Assembly (NCBI GenBank): GCA_963663385.2
Contig: CAXXXD010000002.1
Location: forward strand, 1,120,001-1,184,000
From: Oceanispirochaeta sp.
GTDB lineage: Bacteria; Spirochaetota; Spirochaetia; DSM-2461
Length of the DNA stretch: 64,000 nucleotides
Direction of reading: 5' to 3'
The notes beneath the pieces were generated by a model. It was not told where the DNA came from. It worked only from the letters and a program-made list of their open reading frames with translations, and did not search any database. The position numbers were made by a program, and so were the translations under genes. The stretch's first letter is position 1, and each line of letters opens with the position of its first letter. Of the stretch, positions 27,878-37,673 are shown in pieces.

Positions 27878-29545
27878 TCACTTCCTGCGAAAAACGGCAG
27901 CATAAACCTGCCGGTCACGGGTATTTCCCATATCAAAGTCGTCAAAGTCTTTAATCAGTGCAGAAAGAATCTGATCCGCATCTGCAGAATCGTGATTATT
28001 CAGGACCCTGATAAGCGACTCTTTTCCGTAGATCTCTCCGTTTAACTCCTGTTCCCTTGCAATCAGGCTGCGGGATGTAACAATAAGAGAGTCCCCTTTT
28101 TCCACTTTTATCCGGAATGGCATGCCAGTTTCTCTGCTGTAGGGACGGAATCCCAAACCCTGCTGATAGGTGGCCGGGACATCCTCTGAAGAGACGGGCA
28201 CAATAGCCCCACCCGGTTTTCTGTACCAGATTATGGCATTCCCGGCTGTTGCACAGAGAGCTTCCTCTCCTGTCAGATGGATCAGGGCGGCAGACAGCGG
28301 AAAATCCGGTTTTTCATTCAACCGGCTCAGGCTGTTATTAAGCTCCTTGAATAGAGAAACAGGGGAAACCCTGTTTGCAATAAGCAGCTTCATCTGCATC
28401 AGTGCCATCTGCATGGGCAGGTAGGCATAGCGATCCTCATCGGAGCCCTCTACCATCAGCAGGGTATCGCTTTCTCCGCTTCCCGGGGAGGTTTGAAAAG
28501 ACCAGGCTGCCAGACTGGGCAGGGAGGAGCTGCTTATACTGATACAATGAGCCCCATCCCATGTTTCGGGAACTTTCAACTCATTCAGCGGGTCAACAAG
28601 GAGAGCTCTTTCTGCCGCCTTCTGGTTGAAGGAGGGAATGACAAGAGCCCTGTCCAGATTATCCTGCAGATCTTCAAGTTCCCGGACCCTCTCCTGCAAA
28701 ACCTTTTCCTGCTCTTCCGCTGCCTGCACCATCTGTTCAATCTTTTCCTGTCTCTTTCTGCTGACAGCCTGAATCATTACCAGAGTCAGCAGGGTCTGAA
28801 CCGGCAGGAGAATGGCCGGCAGGAGAAATGCCATATTGTCCAGGGTACGGAACAGGGAGGCTTCAGACCCTCTTGTCAGAAGGAGCCAAACCCCTCCTGA
28901 AATAAATGCGGCGCTGAAAAAAAGCCCTCCCCAGCCGGAGCGGTCATTTTTCCGCCGCAGGGACAGGACGCTGCACAGGGTGGAATCGACAAAAACAAAA
29001 CCGGCTGTACAGGGAACAATCCAGGGGGCGGCAGTCAGGCCGGGACGGAACCAGCCCAGGAGGGGCAGCAGGTAGGCAAGGGTAAAAACTGAAATTCTGG
29101 TATATCGGGTCCAGGGTTTTTTTCTGTGATGAAAAATACTGATGCTCCATCCTCTCAGGATCAGGTAACAGGATACAAGCAGGATTGTGTGAATTATCAG
29201 GATCAGTTGATTTCTGCCCGGAAGTCCCTTCAGAAGGTTGAGCAGGGGCGTCAGATAGACGGCTGCAGCAGCGAGTCCTGAAAATCCCAGAAAAACGGTG
29301 AATCTCTCTCTCCGGTTGGAAAGAAACAGTATAAGAGCGAGTAGGAACAGGATCATGCCGGATAGAGCGGAGAAGTGGTAAAGATAAGCCGTGGTTGAGG
29401 TTAAAACTCCAACAGAAGAGGTAGCACTTCCGCCTGTCAGGAGCTGCTGAAAATCGAGGGAATATTCTTCGGCATTCTGAATCTGGCAGCCCGAAAGGAG
29501 CGGAGTTATTATGGCTAATAGTAAATTACTTGTTTTCTTCATCAT
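27878..29545 (-). CDS. Multi-TM membrane protein with degenerate SpoIIE/PP2C-like domain
   Basis: About 7 TM helices, coiled coil, then P..L...LNN.L, ATAGN, GEIYGKESL, ADQILSAL motifs of SpoIIE fold without the metal-binding Asp motifs. Confidence 0.65.
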   Translation of the reverse strand: MMKKTSNLLLAIITPLLSGCQIQNAEEYSLDFQQLLTGGSATSSVGVLTSTTAYLYHFSALSGMILFLLALILFLSNRRERFTVFLGFSGLAAAAVYLTPLLNLLKGLPGRNQLILIIHTILLVSCYLILRGWSISIFHHRKKPWTRYTRISVFTLAYLLPLLGWFRPGLTAAPWIVPCTAGFVFVDSTLCSVLSLRRKNDRSGWGGLFFSAAFISGGVWLLLTRGSEASLFRTLDNMAFLLPAILLPVQTLLTLVMIQAVSRKRQEKIEQMVQAAEEQEKVLQERVRELEDLQDNLDRALVIPSFNQKAAERALLVDPLNELKVPETWDGAHCISISSSSLPSLAAWSFQTSPGSGESDTLLMVEGSDEDRYAYLPMQMALMQMKLLIANRVSPVSLFKELNNSLSRLNEKPDFPLSAALIHLTGEEALCATAGNAIIWYRKPGGAIVPVSSEDVPATYQQGLGFRPYSRETGMPFRIKVEKGDSLIVTSRSLIAREQELNGEIYGKESLIRVLNNHDSADADQILSALIKDFDDFDMGNTRDRQVYAAVFRRK

Positions 29546-29820
29546 TTTATTGATATTGCTTCCTGGGATCTTTATTGTTTATATCGACATTTATATATAA
29601 AAAATATATACTAAAAAGAACGTGTGTCCTGAAAATCGGAAATATAGTGGATACATTTACTCAGAGGGAAACAAAGATCATTCCCCGCGGTTTGCGATAA
29701 TATTAGAATATACTGGTATATCCTGACAATAATTACTATTTTGGATATTACTGAGTGAATTGATTGATAATCCTTACCGGACAAATAACTATATAACAGA
29801 AATGTGAGAAAAATACTGAA

Positions 29821-31626
29821 ATGAAGTTTACTGATTTTGAATTTAATGAAGATATCCTGAAGGGTATCAATGAGGCAGGTTTTGTAGACTGTATGCCCGT
29901 ACAGGCGGAAACCTTCCAGACAATGAAACAAAACCGGGATGTATTTGCCCAGTCTCAGACTGGTACCGGAAAAACAGCGGCTTTTCTTATTTCCATCTAT
30001 CAGCTGCTGACGGATGATAAACACTTTAAAGGGAAAAAAGCCCTTATCATTGTTCCCACAAGGGAACTGGCCGTACAAATTGAAGCTGAAGCCAATATCC
30101 TGGGAAAATACCTTGATTTCCGTGTGGGTAGTTTTTATGGTGGTGTTGGATATAATCAGCAGGAAGATCTCCTGGAACAGGGAGTTGATATTCTGATCGG
30201 AACCCCCGGCAGACTGATTGACTTCAGCAAATCCGGTAAAATCCGGTTTAATGAAATGGGCATCCTTGTAATCGACGAAGCGGACCGTCTCTTCGATATG
30301 GGATTCCTTCCCGATTTGAGAATTATGCTGAAGCAGATGGTTCCTGCAGACGAACGGAGAACCATGCTGTTCAGTGCAACCCTGAATGCCAAAGTCGGTA
30401 ATATGGCCTGGGAGTATATGAATAACCCGGGAGAAATTGTTATCGAGCCCGAACAGGTTACGGTAGAAGCCATAAAACAGGAGCTGTTCCATGTCGGAGC
30501 TGATGAAAAGATGAAAGTCCTTCTGGGCCTTCTGGAAAGGGAAAAACCTGAAACTGCCATCATTTTTGCCAATACCAAACACACTTCCTATGAAGTGGCT
30601 AAACGGCTGGAGCATAACGGTTATCCCGCCCGCTGTCTGATGGGCGATCTTCCCCAGAAAAAGCGGCTCAAGATTGTGGAGGACACAAAAGAAGGGAAAA
30701 TCCGATTCCTTGTCGCCACTGATGTAGCGGCCAGAGGTCTCCATATCAACGACCTCTCCATGGTCGTAAACTATGATGTGCCGTCAGATGCGGAAAGCTA
30801 TGTCCACCGGATCGGACGGACCGCAAGGGCGGGAAAGAGCGGCAAGGCTTATACTCTGGCTTGTGAGAAATTTGTATACGGCCTGCCCTCCATAGAGAAA
30901 CTGATCGGTCAGAAGATTCCCGTATCCTGGGTGGATGAGGACCTTATGGTGGAAGACAAGAGTGCCGGGATCCGCTTCCATTTTGATAAGCGGGCCGGAT
31001 CGCCCCGGGATGGTTCTACCGGCCGCGGTTCTTCCCGGACCAGACAGAACAGCCGGAAATACAACGGGAACAAACGGCCTCTGGATGCCAGAGCGGCCAG
31101 AGTCCAGTCGGAAATTATGGCCGTATCCGGTTCGATTGACACTATCGATTCCGATTTTCAGAAACCCGGGAACAGTTCCGGCAGCAAGAGCAGAAAACGG
31201 AAGAATTACAGGAATCAGCGGTCTACGGATAACAGGTCCCGAAACAGAAGCGACTATAAAGCTCCCGCCAGCCAGCCCATGGAGAGGGTCAGCAGCCAGA
31301 ATTCCATGGAAGACCGCCTGGCCTACTACAAGGCAAAATACGGAGAAGATTTCACAGCCGACGGTCTCTCCTCAAAAGGTTCCGGTTCAAGAGGGAATAA
31401 ATCCGGAGGAAAGGGATCCGGGAACAGAAACGCCGGCAGGAACGGTAAAAGGCCGGCTCAGAAGAGCGGCAATCGTTCCCGGGGTGGCAAACAGGGTACA
31501 CCCGGAAGGTCTCAGAACAATAAAAACGGGCAGAATGCCGCAGCCAAAGCAGCACCGGTCAGGAAGCCTGCTGAACAGACGGTCAAGAAGAAAGGATTGT
31601 TTGCCCGCCTGTTCGGTAAGAAATAA
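29821..31626 (+). CDS. DEAD-box RNA helicase (RhlB-like core, long basic tail)
   Basis: SQTGTGKT, PTRELA, DEAD, SAT, ARGLH, HRIGRTAR. Confidence 0.97.
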   Translation: MKFTDFEFNEDILKGINEAGFVDCMPVQAETFQTMKQNRDVFAQSQTGTGKTAAFLISIYQLLTDDKHFKGKKALIIVPTRELAVQIEAEANILGKYLDFRVGSFYGGVGYNQQEDLLEQGVDILIGTPGRLIDFSKSGKIRFNEMGILVIDEADRLFDMGFLPDLRIMLKQMVPADERRTMLFSATLNAKVGNMAWEYMNNPGEIVIEPEQVTVEAIKQELFHVGADEKMKVLLGLLEREKPETAIIFANTKHTSYEVAKRLEHNGYPARCLMGDLPQKKRLKIVEDTKEGKIRFLVATDVAARGLHINDLSMVVNYDVPSDAESYVHRIGRTARAGKSGKAYTLACEKFVYGLPSIEKLIGQKIPVSWVDEDLMVEDKSAGIRFHFDKRAGSPRDGSTGRGSSRTRQNSRKYNGNKRPLDARAARVQSEIMAVSGSIDTIDSDFQKPGNSSGSKSRKRKNYRNQRSTDNRSRNRSDYKAPASQPMERVSSQNSMEDRLAYYKAKYGEDFTADGLSSKGSGSRGNKSGGKGSGNRNAGRNGKRPAQKSGNRSRGGKQGTPGRSQNNKNGQNAAAKAAPVRKPAEQTVKKKGLFARLFGKK

Positions 31627-31733
31627 CTGCAGGATCACCATCTATCGGATTATAGCGGATTGGTGTGGAGGCCGGTTTTAACCGGTCTGTACTGCAAGCC
31701 CGTACTATTATGCGGTATGGATGAAATGTATTT

Positions 31734-31763
31734 AAAAGATCGGCTTTATGCCGGTCTTTTTTT
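31734..31763. terminator. Bidirectional terminator
   Basis: AAAAGATCGGC-tttat-GCCGGTCTTTTTTT between convergent genes. Confidence 0.75.
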
Positions 31764-31764
31764 G

Positions 31765-32556
31765 TCAGGGAAGTCTTGCGAAGGTACCCATGCGGCCGGT
31801 TTCCGGGCCGTCTCCCCGCCAGGAGAAAAAATCCGGGTGACAGCAGGTACACAGCCCTGCTTTTTCCACATGCTCTGCCTTGACACCGGCCTGAATCAGC
31901 TGTCCCTCTACGGCATCTTCCAGGCTGAAGCGCCAGTGATCGGTGCCGTCGGGTTCGAATGCTTTTTCTGTTTCGGGCCAGGACTCGGTTATCCCCCTGA
32001 AAACAGGAGTATCGATCTGGTAGCAGCAGGCCCCGATGGCCGGGCCGCACAATCCCAGTATGTTTTCGGTTTTACAATCCAGTTCGTGTATCATCCGGGA
32101 AAGGGTGGCCGGGACAATCCCGCCCGCACAGCCCCTCCAGCCGGCGTGTATTACCGCGGCCGCCTTTTTTTGAGTGTCGTATAAAACGACGGGCAGACAG
32201 TCTGCCGTGAAGATGACAGGAACCAGGGATGATTCCCTCGTTATCAGGGCATCGGTTCCGGGAAAACACTCTTTCTGTTCAAATGCTCCCCGGCCCCTGT
32301 CCTTTTCCAGTACAATCCTGCTCCCGATTCCATGGATCTGCTCTCCGGCGGTAAAAGCGTCTGCCTCCCTTTCCAGGGCTTCCATCAGATATTTGCGGTT
32401 TCCGAGAACCGTATCACTCTCTCCAGGTGTATGGAGGGCCAGATTGAAAGGTCTGCCGGCCCTATTCGACCGACAGGTCGTCCCCGCGGTAATCCCGTAT
32501 TTTTCAGCCAGTTCCCAGGTATACCAGGTCAGGCCGTTTTTCTCTTTTTTAATCAT
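31765..32556 (-). CDS. pgeF: PgeF/YfiH laccase-domain protein
   Basis: QIHG, TADCLPV, HAGWRG, GPAIG.CCY, LCTCC. Confidence 0.9.
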   Translation of the reverse strand: MIKKEKNGLTWYTWELAEKYGITAGTTCRSNRAGRPFNLALHTPGESDTVLGNRKYLMEALEREADAFTAGEQIHGIGSRIVLEKDRGRGAFEQKECFPGTDALITRESSLVPVIFTADCLPVVLYDTQKKAAAVIHAGWRGCAGGIVPATLSRMIHELDCKTENILGLCGPAIGACCYQIDTPVFRGITESWPETEKAFEPDGTDHWRFSLEDAVEGQLIQAGVKAEHVEKAGLCTCCHPDFFSWRGDGPETGRMGTFARLP

Positions 32557-32650
32557 ATCCCGATCTTAGTGCAGCCGGGCAGGGAGTTCAAGGGGAAATC
32601 CCACCGGGATTCCTGTTGAAAGGGGGAGAGAAAAGGTATAGGCTGGGACA

Positions 32651-34366
32651 ATGCTGAAGCGATTTACGGCCTATTACAAGCCACATATGAAACTCTTTAT
32701 TCTGGATATGGTCATAGCGGTTCTCTCATCCGCCCTTTCCATATTTTTCCCCATGATTACTCACCGTTTACTGAGTATCTACCTGCCTGATTCAAACGGC
32801 AGGGCGGTACTGTTTTCCCTGATTCTTATTTTTCTTATTTACATTGTTATTTCCGTATTCAATTATATCAGGATCAAATGGGGGCATATCCTCGGGGTAA
32901 GGATGGAGTATGATATGCGGAGTGATCTATTCAGACACCTGCAGAAACTCTCTTTCTCCTGGTATGACAATACTAAAACAGGGCATATCATGTCCAGAAT
33001 CACGGGAGACCTGGAGAATATCGCCGAGATCGGTCACCATGCTCCCGAAGACCTTCTGATCTCTCTTTGTGTGATCCTGGGTGCCTACGGGTTTATGTTT
33101 ATCCTGAACCCTCTACTGGCTCTGATTTCACTTGTTCCGCTTCCCCTTATGCTGTTGTGGGGTATCCGTCAGGGCAGCCATTTGAAGAATCAGTTCCGGA
33201 AGGTCCGTTCCCGTATTGCGGATATCAATGCGACAGTGGAAAACACTGTTCAGGGAATCCGGGAAGTAAAATCCTATGCCAATGAATCCTGGGAAATCCG
33301 TAAGTTCAAAGAAACAAACGACCATTTCCGTACAGCCAAGGAAAACGCCTATGCGAAGATGGGGAAATTTTATTCCATAGTCAACTACCTCCGCGAGATG
33401 TACTATTTTGTTGTCGTTGCAGGGGGAGTATACCTTATAGGGGCGGAAAAGCTGGCAATTGCCGATCTGGTAGCGTTTCTGCTCTATGTCGGAATTATCC
33501 TGCCTCCCATAGACCGACTGATCAATTTTGTAGAGCAGTACTCTCAGGGTGCCGCAGCCTTTGAACGTTTTACGGATATTATGGATATCGAACCGGATAT
33601 TCAGGACCGGAGGGACGCGGTATACCCTTCCGCCCCGAAAGGAAGAGTGGAAATACAGAATGTGTATTTTAAATATGAATCCTCATCGGCGGATGTTCTC
33701 AAAGGGGTTACCCTGACTATAGAAGCCGGTGAAATGGCGGCTCTTGTGGGCGAGTCGGGAGCCGGTAAATCTTCCCTTGTTTCACTCCTTCCCCGGTTCT
33801 ATGAACCCCGGTCGGGGAAAATCCTGATTGACGGGTACGATGTTTCTGATGTCAGACAGAAGTGGCTGCGGGAGAATATCGGTCTTGTGCAGCAGAATGT
33901 CTTTCTTTTTGACACCACCATCCGGGAGAATATCAGCTACGGGAGACCGGATGCTGATGACAGAATGATCAGGCAGGCTGCTGAAGCCGCCTATATCTGG
34001 GACTTTATCTGTACCCTGCCTGACGGGCTGGATACACTGGTGGGAGAGCGCGGGGTCAAGCTGTCGGGCGGACAGAAGCAGAGGATTGCCATTGCCAGGG
34101 TATTTCTTAAAAATCCTCCGATTCTTATTTTTGATGAAGCCACGTCCTCCCTGGATAGTGAATCCGAAGCGTACATACAGCAGTCCATGAAGGAGCTCTG
34201 TAAAGGGCGGACTTCCATTGTCATTGCCCACCGCCTTTCCACCGTTAATGAGGCGCATAAACTTTTTGTTATGAAAGACGGTGCTGTCATTGAAGAGGGT
34301 GATCATGCCGCTCTTCTCGCGAAAGACGGGTATTATGCCTCCCTCTATAAAAGGACGCTGATTTAG
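32651..34366 (+). CDS. ABC exporter, fused permease/ATPase
   Basis: 6-TM domain; GESGAGKS, LSGGQKQR, FDEATS. Confidence 0.95.
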   Translation: MLKRFTAYYKPHMKLFILDMVIAVLSSALSIFFPMITHRLLSIYLPDSNGRAVLFSLILIFLIYIVISVFNYIRIKWGHILGVRMEYDMRSDLFRHLQKLSFSWYDNTKTGHIMSRITGDLENIAEIGHHAPEDLLISLCVILGAYGFMFILNPLLALISLVPLPLMLLWGIRQGSHLKNQFRKVRSRIADINATVENTVQGIREVKSYANESWEIRKFKETNDHFRTAKENAYAKMGKFYSIVNYLREMYYFVVVAGGVYLIGAEKLAIADLVAFLLYVGIILPPIDRLINFVEQYSQGAAAFERFTDIMDIEPDIQDRRDAVYPSAPKGRVEIQNVYFKYESSSADVLKGVTLTIEAGEMAALVGESGAGKSSLVSLLPRFYEPRSGKILIDGYDVSDVRQKWLRENIGLVQQNVFLFDTTIRENISYGRPDADDRMIRQAAEAAYIWDFICTLPDGLDTLVGERGVKLSGGQKQRIAIARVFLKNPPILIFDEATSSLDSESEAYIQQSMKELCKGRTSIVIAHRLSTVNEAHKLFVMKDGAVIEEGDHAALLAKDGYYASLYKRTLI

Positions 34367-35080
34367 CTATTCCGTATAGTACCAGTAGGACTTTCCCGCT
34401 TCCGGTTTCACTCGGGAGACGGGGTATTCCGCTGTTTTATGAAAAAGGGATTTTCCCTTCAGTACACTATTCATTATTTCCTTTTTTTCTTTTCCACGGA
34501 TAAGGTAGATAAGGTTGGAACAGCGGTTAAGGGCGGGACAGGTCATGGTAATCCTTCGAATCTGCGGATCCAGAGGCGCGGGAGATTCCGTCGCCAGAAC
34601 ACATTTCCTCTTCTCATTCAGTTCGGGGTATCCCGGAAACAGGGAAGCCGTATGCCCGTCGGGTCCCATCCCCAGAAGGACCAGGTCAAACCAGCGGTTT
34701 GTTTCCAGATAATTCCTGACTCTCCTGTTGTAAAGTTCGGCGCCCTCCCCGGGAGAAAGGCTCTGGTCTATTGTATAGATCTGTTCCGGTCTGTGAGGGA
34801 TACGTGAGAGAAAACTCTCCTTTACCATCCTGAAATTACTGTCCCTGTGGTCTTCGGGAACACAACGGTCATCTCCCAGGAAATAATCTATATTTTCCCA
34901 ATGGAAATCCCTGTATTTATCTGCCAGGTAGGCATATACTCCGGATGGCGTACTGCCTCCGCTCAGAACAAGAGATGAACGCTTCTTATGAAGAAGCGAG
35001 GCTTTCAGTATGGTATGAATATGTTCACCTGCCTGGCGGCAGAAATCATCATAATTATCAAAAATCAGGGCACCGGCCAT
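34367..35080 (-). CDS. pgl: 6-phosphogluconolactonase
   Basis: LSGGSTP, DDRCVP..SN, LGMGPDGHTASLFP. Confidence 0.93.
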   Translation of the reverse strand: MAGALIFDNYDDFCRQAGEHIHTILKASLLHKKRSSLVLSGGSTPSGVYAYLADKYRDFHWENIDYFLGDDRCVPEDHRDSNFRMVKESFLSRIPHRPEQIYTIDQSLSPGEGAELYNRRVRNYLETNRWFDLVLLGMGPDGHTASLFPGYPELNEKRKCVLATESPAPLDPQIRRITMTCPALNRCSNLIYLIRGKEKKEIMNSVLKGKSLFHKTAEYPVSRVKPEAGKSYWYYTE

Positions 35081-35134
35081 GGGGAGCCTCCTTTTCGGGG
35101 TATTTACGGATAGAAGCTGCTGTTATTATTATTT

Positions 35135-35719
35135 CTACAGCGGGTTCTCCAGAACATCTTTCTTTTCGTTTTCCCTTATCAGATCCTTTTTCTGAATCAG
35201 GCTTTCGAGAATTCGAGCGCTTCTGGACCAGTAGACAGGGAGCATTGGCTGTTCCTCCTGTGAAAAAGGGGCCAGAACCCATCGTGAGACATCTCCGTGG
35301 GGCGGCCGAGATATACCGAGGCGAAGGCGGTAGAAATCTCCTGTTCCCAGTTGCTGTCTGATCGAACGCAGGCCATTGTGCCCTCCCAGACCTCCGCCTT
35401 TTCTGAATTGAACGGTCCCGAAGGGGAGTTCCAGTTCGTCATGGATCACCAGAATTTCATGTGTTTCAACTTTGAAAAACGAAACAGCCCTGACAACAGA
35501 GTCCCCGCTCCTGTTCATAAATGTCCCCGGTTTCAGAAGCCGGACGACCTGTCCCGGCAGGCCGTAATCACACCATTTTCCGTTGAATTTTTCCTTCCAC
35601 TGGACAAGTTCTATACCCGGCAGGGCTTTCAGGCAGAGCCAGGAGGCATTGTGTCTGGTTTGTTCGTATTTATTTCCCGGATTTCCCAGGAATACGATCA
35701 GTTTGAAATTATTCTTCAC
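35135..35719 (-). CDS. pth: Peptidyl-tRNA hydrolase
   Basis: LGNPG..Y..TRHN, KP.TFMN.SG, HDELELP, GGHNGLRSI. Confidence 0.92.
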   Translation of the reverse strand: MKNNFKLIVFLGNPGNKYEQTRHNASWLCLKALPGIELVQWKEKFNGKWCDYGLPGQVVRLLKPGTFMNRSGDSVVRAVSFFKVETHEILVIHDELELPFGTVQFRKGGGLGGHNGLRSIRQQLGTGDFYRLRLGISRPPHGDVSRWVLAPFSQEEQPMLPVYWSRSARILESLIQKKDLIRENEKKDVLENPL

Positions 35720-37589
35720 TTTTTATATACTCCCTGTCATCCATGGGGATCCCGAAAAAATCAAACACAATTCTGTTTATTTCAGGCTTGATATCCTGCC
35801 GGTTTTCTCCCGATTTTACAAGACTTCGAATCTCTCTTCTCTGTATTTCATCCCATTCGGGAAGAGGCAGAGTTTCAAGATGATTCCTTAATAGCTTGAG
35901 CGCGCGATACTGCTTGCGCCAGAGAAACCGGAAAAGATCCGAATTGTACCATAGCGCCAGCTCTTCCAGGTCTGAAATCTCCGGCGGAATAAGGCAGTTG
36001 GCCGAGTTAAGTGTCATGATTCCCCTGCGATCAATGGCAAAGGCCGGTTTGGTTCCGATAAAGGTATAAACCAGTTTTTCTGATTTATAATCATCAGGGG
36101 AACGGCTCTGCTGCCATTGGCCCGCATCTGTTCTTATAAAGAGTCGGGGAGGCAGGGCGGCAAAGGGCCGGATTTCTCTTCCGGTCAGCACAGGCAGACG
36201 GGATTTTTTCATTTTCCCGCTCAGAAAATGGCGGTTGTCTCCTGTAACTGTTCCCAGTACCCATTTGCAGTCTGAGGACAGTTTTCTGACTTTTCCTTCG
36301 TATATCCTTTCAAGAATCCCATCATCCCTGTGAGAACAGTGTATATTGAAGATTGAATCCGGGTTGGCTTTGTATCTTTTCAGAGAATGTTTTTCCTGTC
36401 TGGAAAAATCGCCTTTTCGGTTAATCCGTACAGCCGTTTTCCGCTGCTTCCCTCCTTTTTGTATATCCATCTGTACAACAGTAGTATAAACCCCGCGGAA
36501 CATCCTCCCGTGGTGAAGAATTTTCAGAGGAGGCGCCGTTTTCAGGAGGTGGCGGCGGATATCCCTATGGGTTTTCACATACAGGAGGGATTCGGGAAGG
36601 AGAAAAGATGCCCGGCTCTCCTCCGGCAGTTCCTCAATTGCTTTCGCCATGAAGAGAGATGATGATTCTCCCGACTGTATGAGGGGGTATTTTTTTTTCA
36701 GCAGATCTTTTTCACTCTGTGAAAAATGGGCTCCCCAGGGCGGATTTGTGGCAATCAGAGAAGGGGTCTCTATCTGCCAGCTCTCAGTCAGAAGGGCATC
36801 GGACTGTCGGATGTGGTCCAGGGATTCTACCCCGGGAAAACGAAGAAAAAGGTTCACCTTCGCCAGGAATACCGCAATCGGATCTTTGTCGACTCCCCCT
36901 GCCTGTTCAGGGCGGCCGGACATCTGTGCAAATGTGCAAAGAAACATACCCGATCCGCAGCAGGGGTCCAGGAATGAAGTATATCCTGAAATCTTCCGGT
37001 AAGGGGAAAGCATCTTCCTGATAATCGGAAGGGGAGTGTAGTAAGCCCCCTGCCGGATCTTGTTTCCCTCCTGTCTGAGGGCCTGATAGACCATCCCGGG
37101 CAGATCGGCTTCCTTTATCAGAGACGCTGAAATAAGATTTCTGTTGTAAAAAAGCTCCCGGATTCTATCATCCACTGCTATCTCATCAAGTTCTTTGTAA
37201 AATTCGCTTATTGTTTTATATAGAACGGAACCCTTTTCTGCTCCCTCCATGATCCGGTCAAGGCTGATATCCCCCTTTTCGGGGCAGAGGATAAATCCCC
37301 TCTTCCTGAGAAGAAGGAGTACAAAAAGAAAAACGGTCTGTATAATGCTCAGGTCTGTCTGTACAAGGCTCTGTATCAGTACGGAAAAGGGGAGCCTGTT
37401 CCTTTTGTACAGAAAAAGCTCTGAGGGAATGATCTGCCGGGTTGAGTCTTTCTTGTTTGCCCGGGATGTCAGCTTTTTTCTGTTAGGATCTGTTTTAAAG
37501 GTCTCCAGGTTTTGATTTTCCCTTTTTAACCAGTTTTTGAGAGTATGGGGGGAGATATTCAGCTCTTCTGCAGTTTTTCTAATGGACAT
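35709..37589 (-). CDS. Gamma-class N6-adenine DNA methyltransferase (TaqI-like TRD) with N-terminal HTH
   Basis: GAYYTP, FLDPCCGSG (motif I), TNPPWG (motif IV); N-terminal TAEELNISPHTLKNW. Confidence 0.85.
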   Translation of the reverse strand: MSIRKTAEELNISPHTLKNWLKRENQNLETFKTDPNRKKLTSRANKKDSTRQIIPSELFLYKRNRLPFSVLIQSLVQTDLSIIQTVFLFVLLLLRKRGFILCPEKGDISLDRIMEGAEKGSVLYKTISEFYKELDEIAVDDRIRELFYNRNLISASLIKEADLPGMVYQALRQEGNKIRQGAYYTPLPIIRKMLSPYRKISGYTSFLDPCCGSGMFLCTFAQMSGRPEQAGGVDKDPIAVFLAKVNLFLRFPGVESLDHIRQSDALLTESWQIETPSLIATNPPWGAHFSQSEKDLLKKKYPLIQSGESSSLFMAKAIEELPEESRASFLLPESLLYVKTHRDIRRHLLKTAPPLKILHHGRMFRGVYTTVVQMDIQKGGKQRKTAVRINRKGDFSRQEKHSLKRYKANPDSIFNIHCSHRDDGILERIYEGKVRKLSSDCKWVLGTVTGDNRHFLSGKMKKSRLPVLTGREIRPFAALPPRLFIRTDAGQWQQSRSPDDYKSEKLVYTFIGTKPAFAIDRRGIMTLNSANCLIPPEISDLEELALWYNSDLFRFLWRKQYRALKLLRNHLETLPLPEWDEIQRREIRSLVKSGENRQDIKPEINRIVFDFFGIPMDDREYIKSEE

Positions 37590-37673
37590 TTGTTCTCTAT
37601 TACCCGGCTTTAGCTATTCAGATTCACAGGAATATGGTATTATATCCTTCACTGTATATAAAAGGCAATTACG

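Noticed and set aside
29665..29700. GGAAACAAAGATC resembles the start of a c-di-GMP-II riboswitch
   Set aside because: The GGGCAC/GTGCAACC pseudoknot elements are absent
31627..31733. Hairpin as SRP RNA or 6S RNA
   Set aside because: No SRP domain IV GNRA/AGCAG motif; too short and no central bubble for 6S
36690..36698. A9 tract in the methyltransferase as a phase-variation site
   Set aside because: Frame is intact and A/T8 tracts occur in several ordinary genes here
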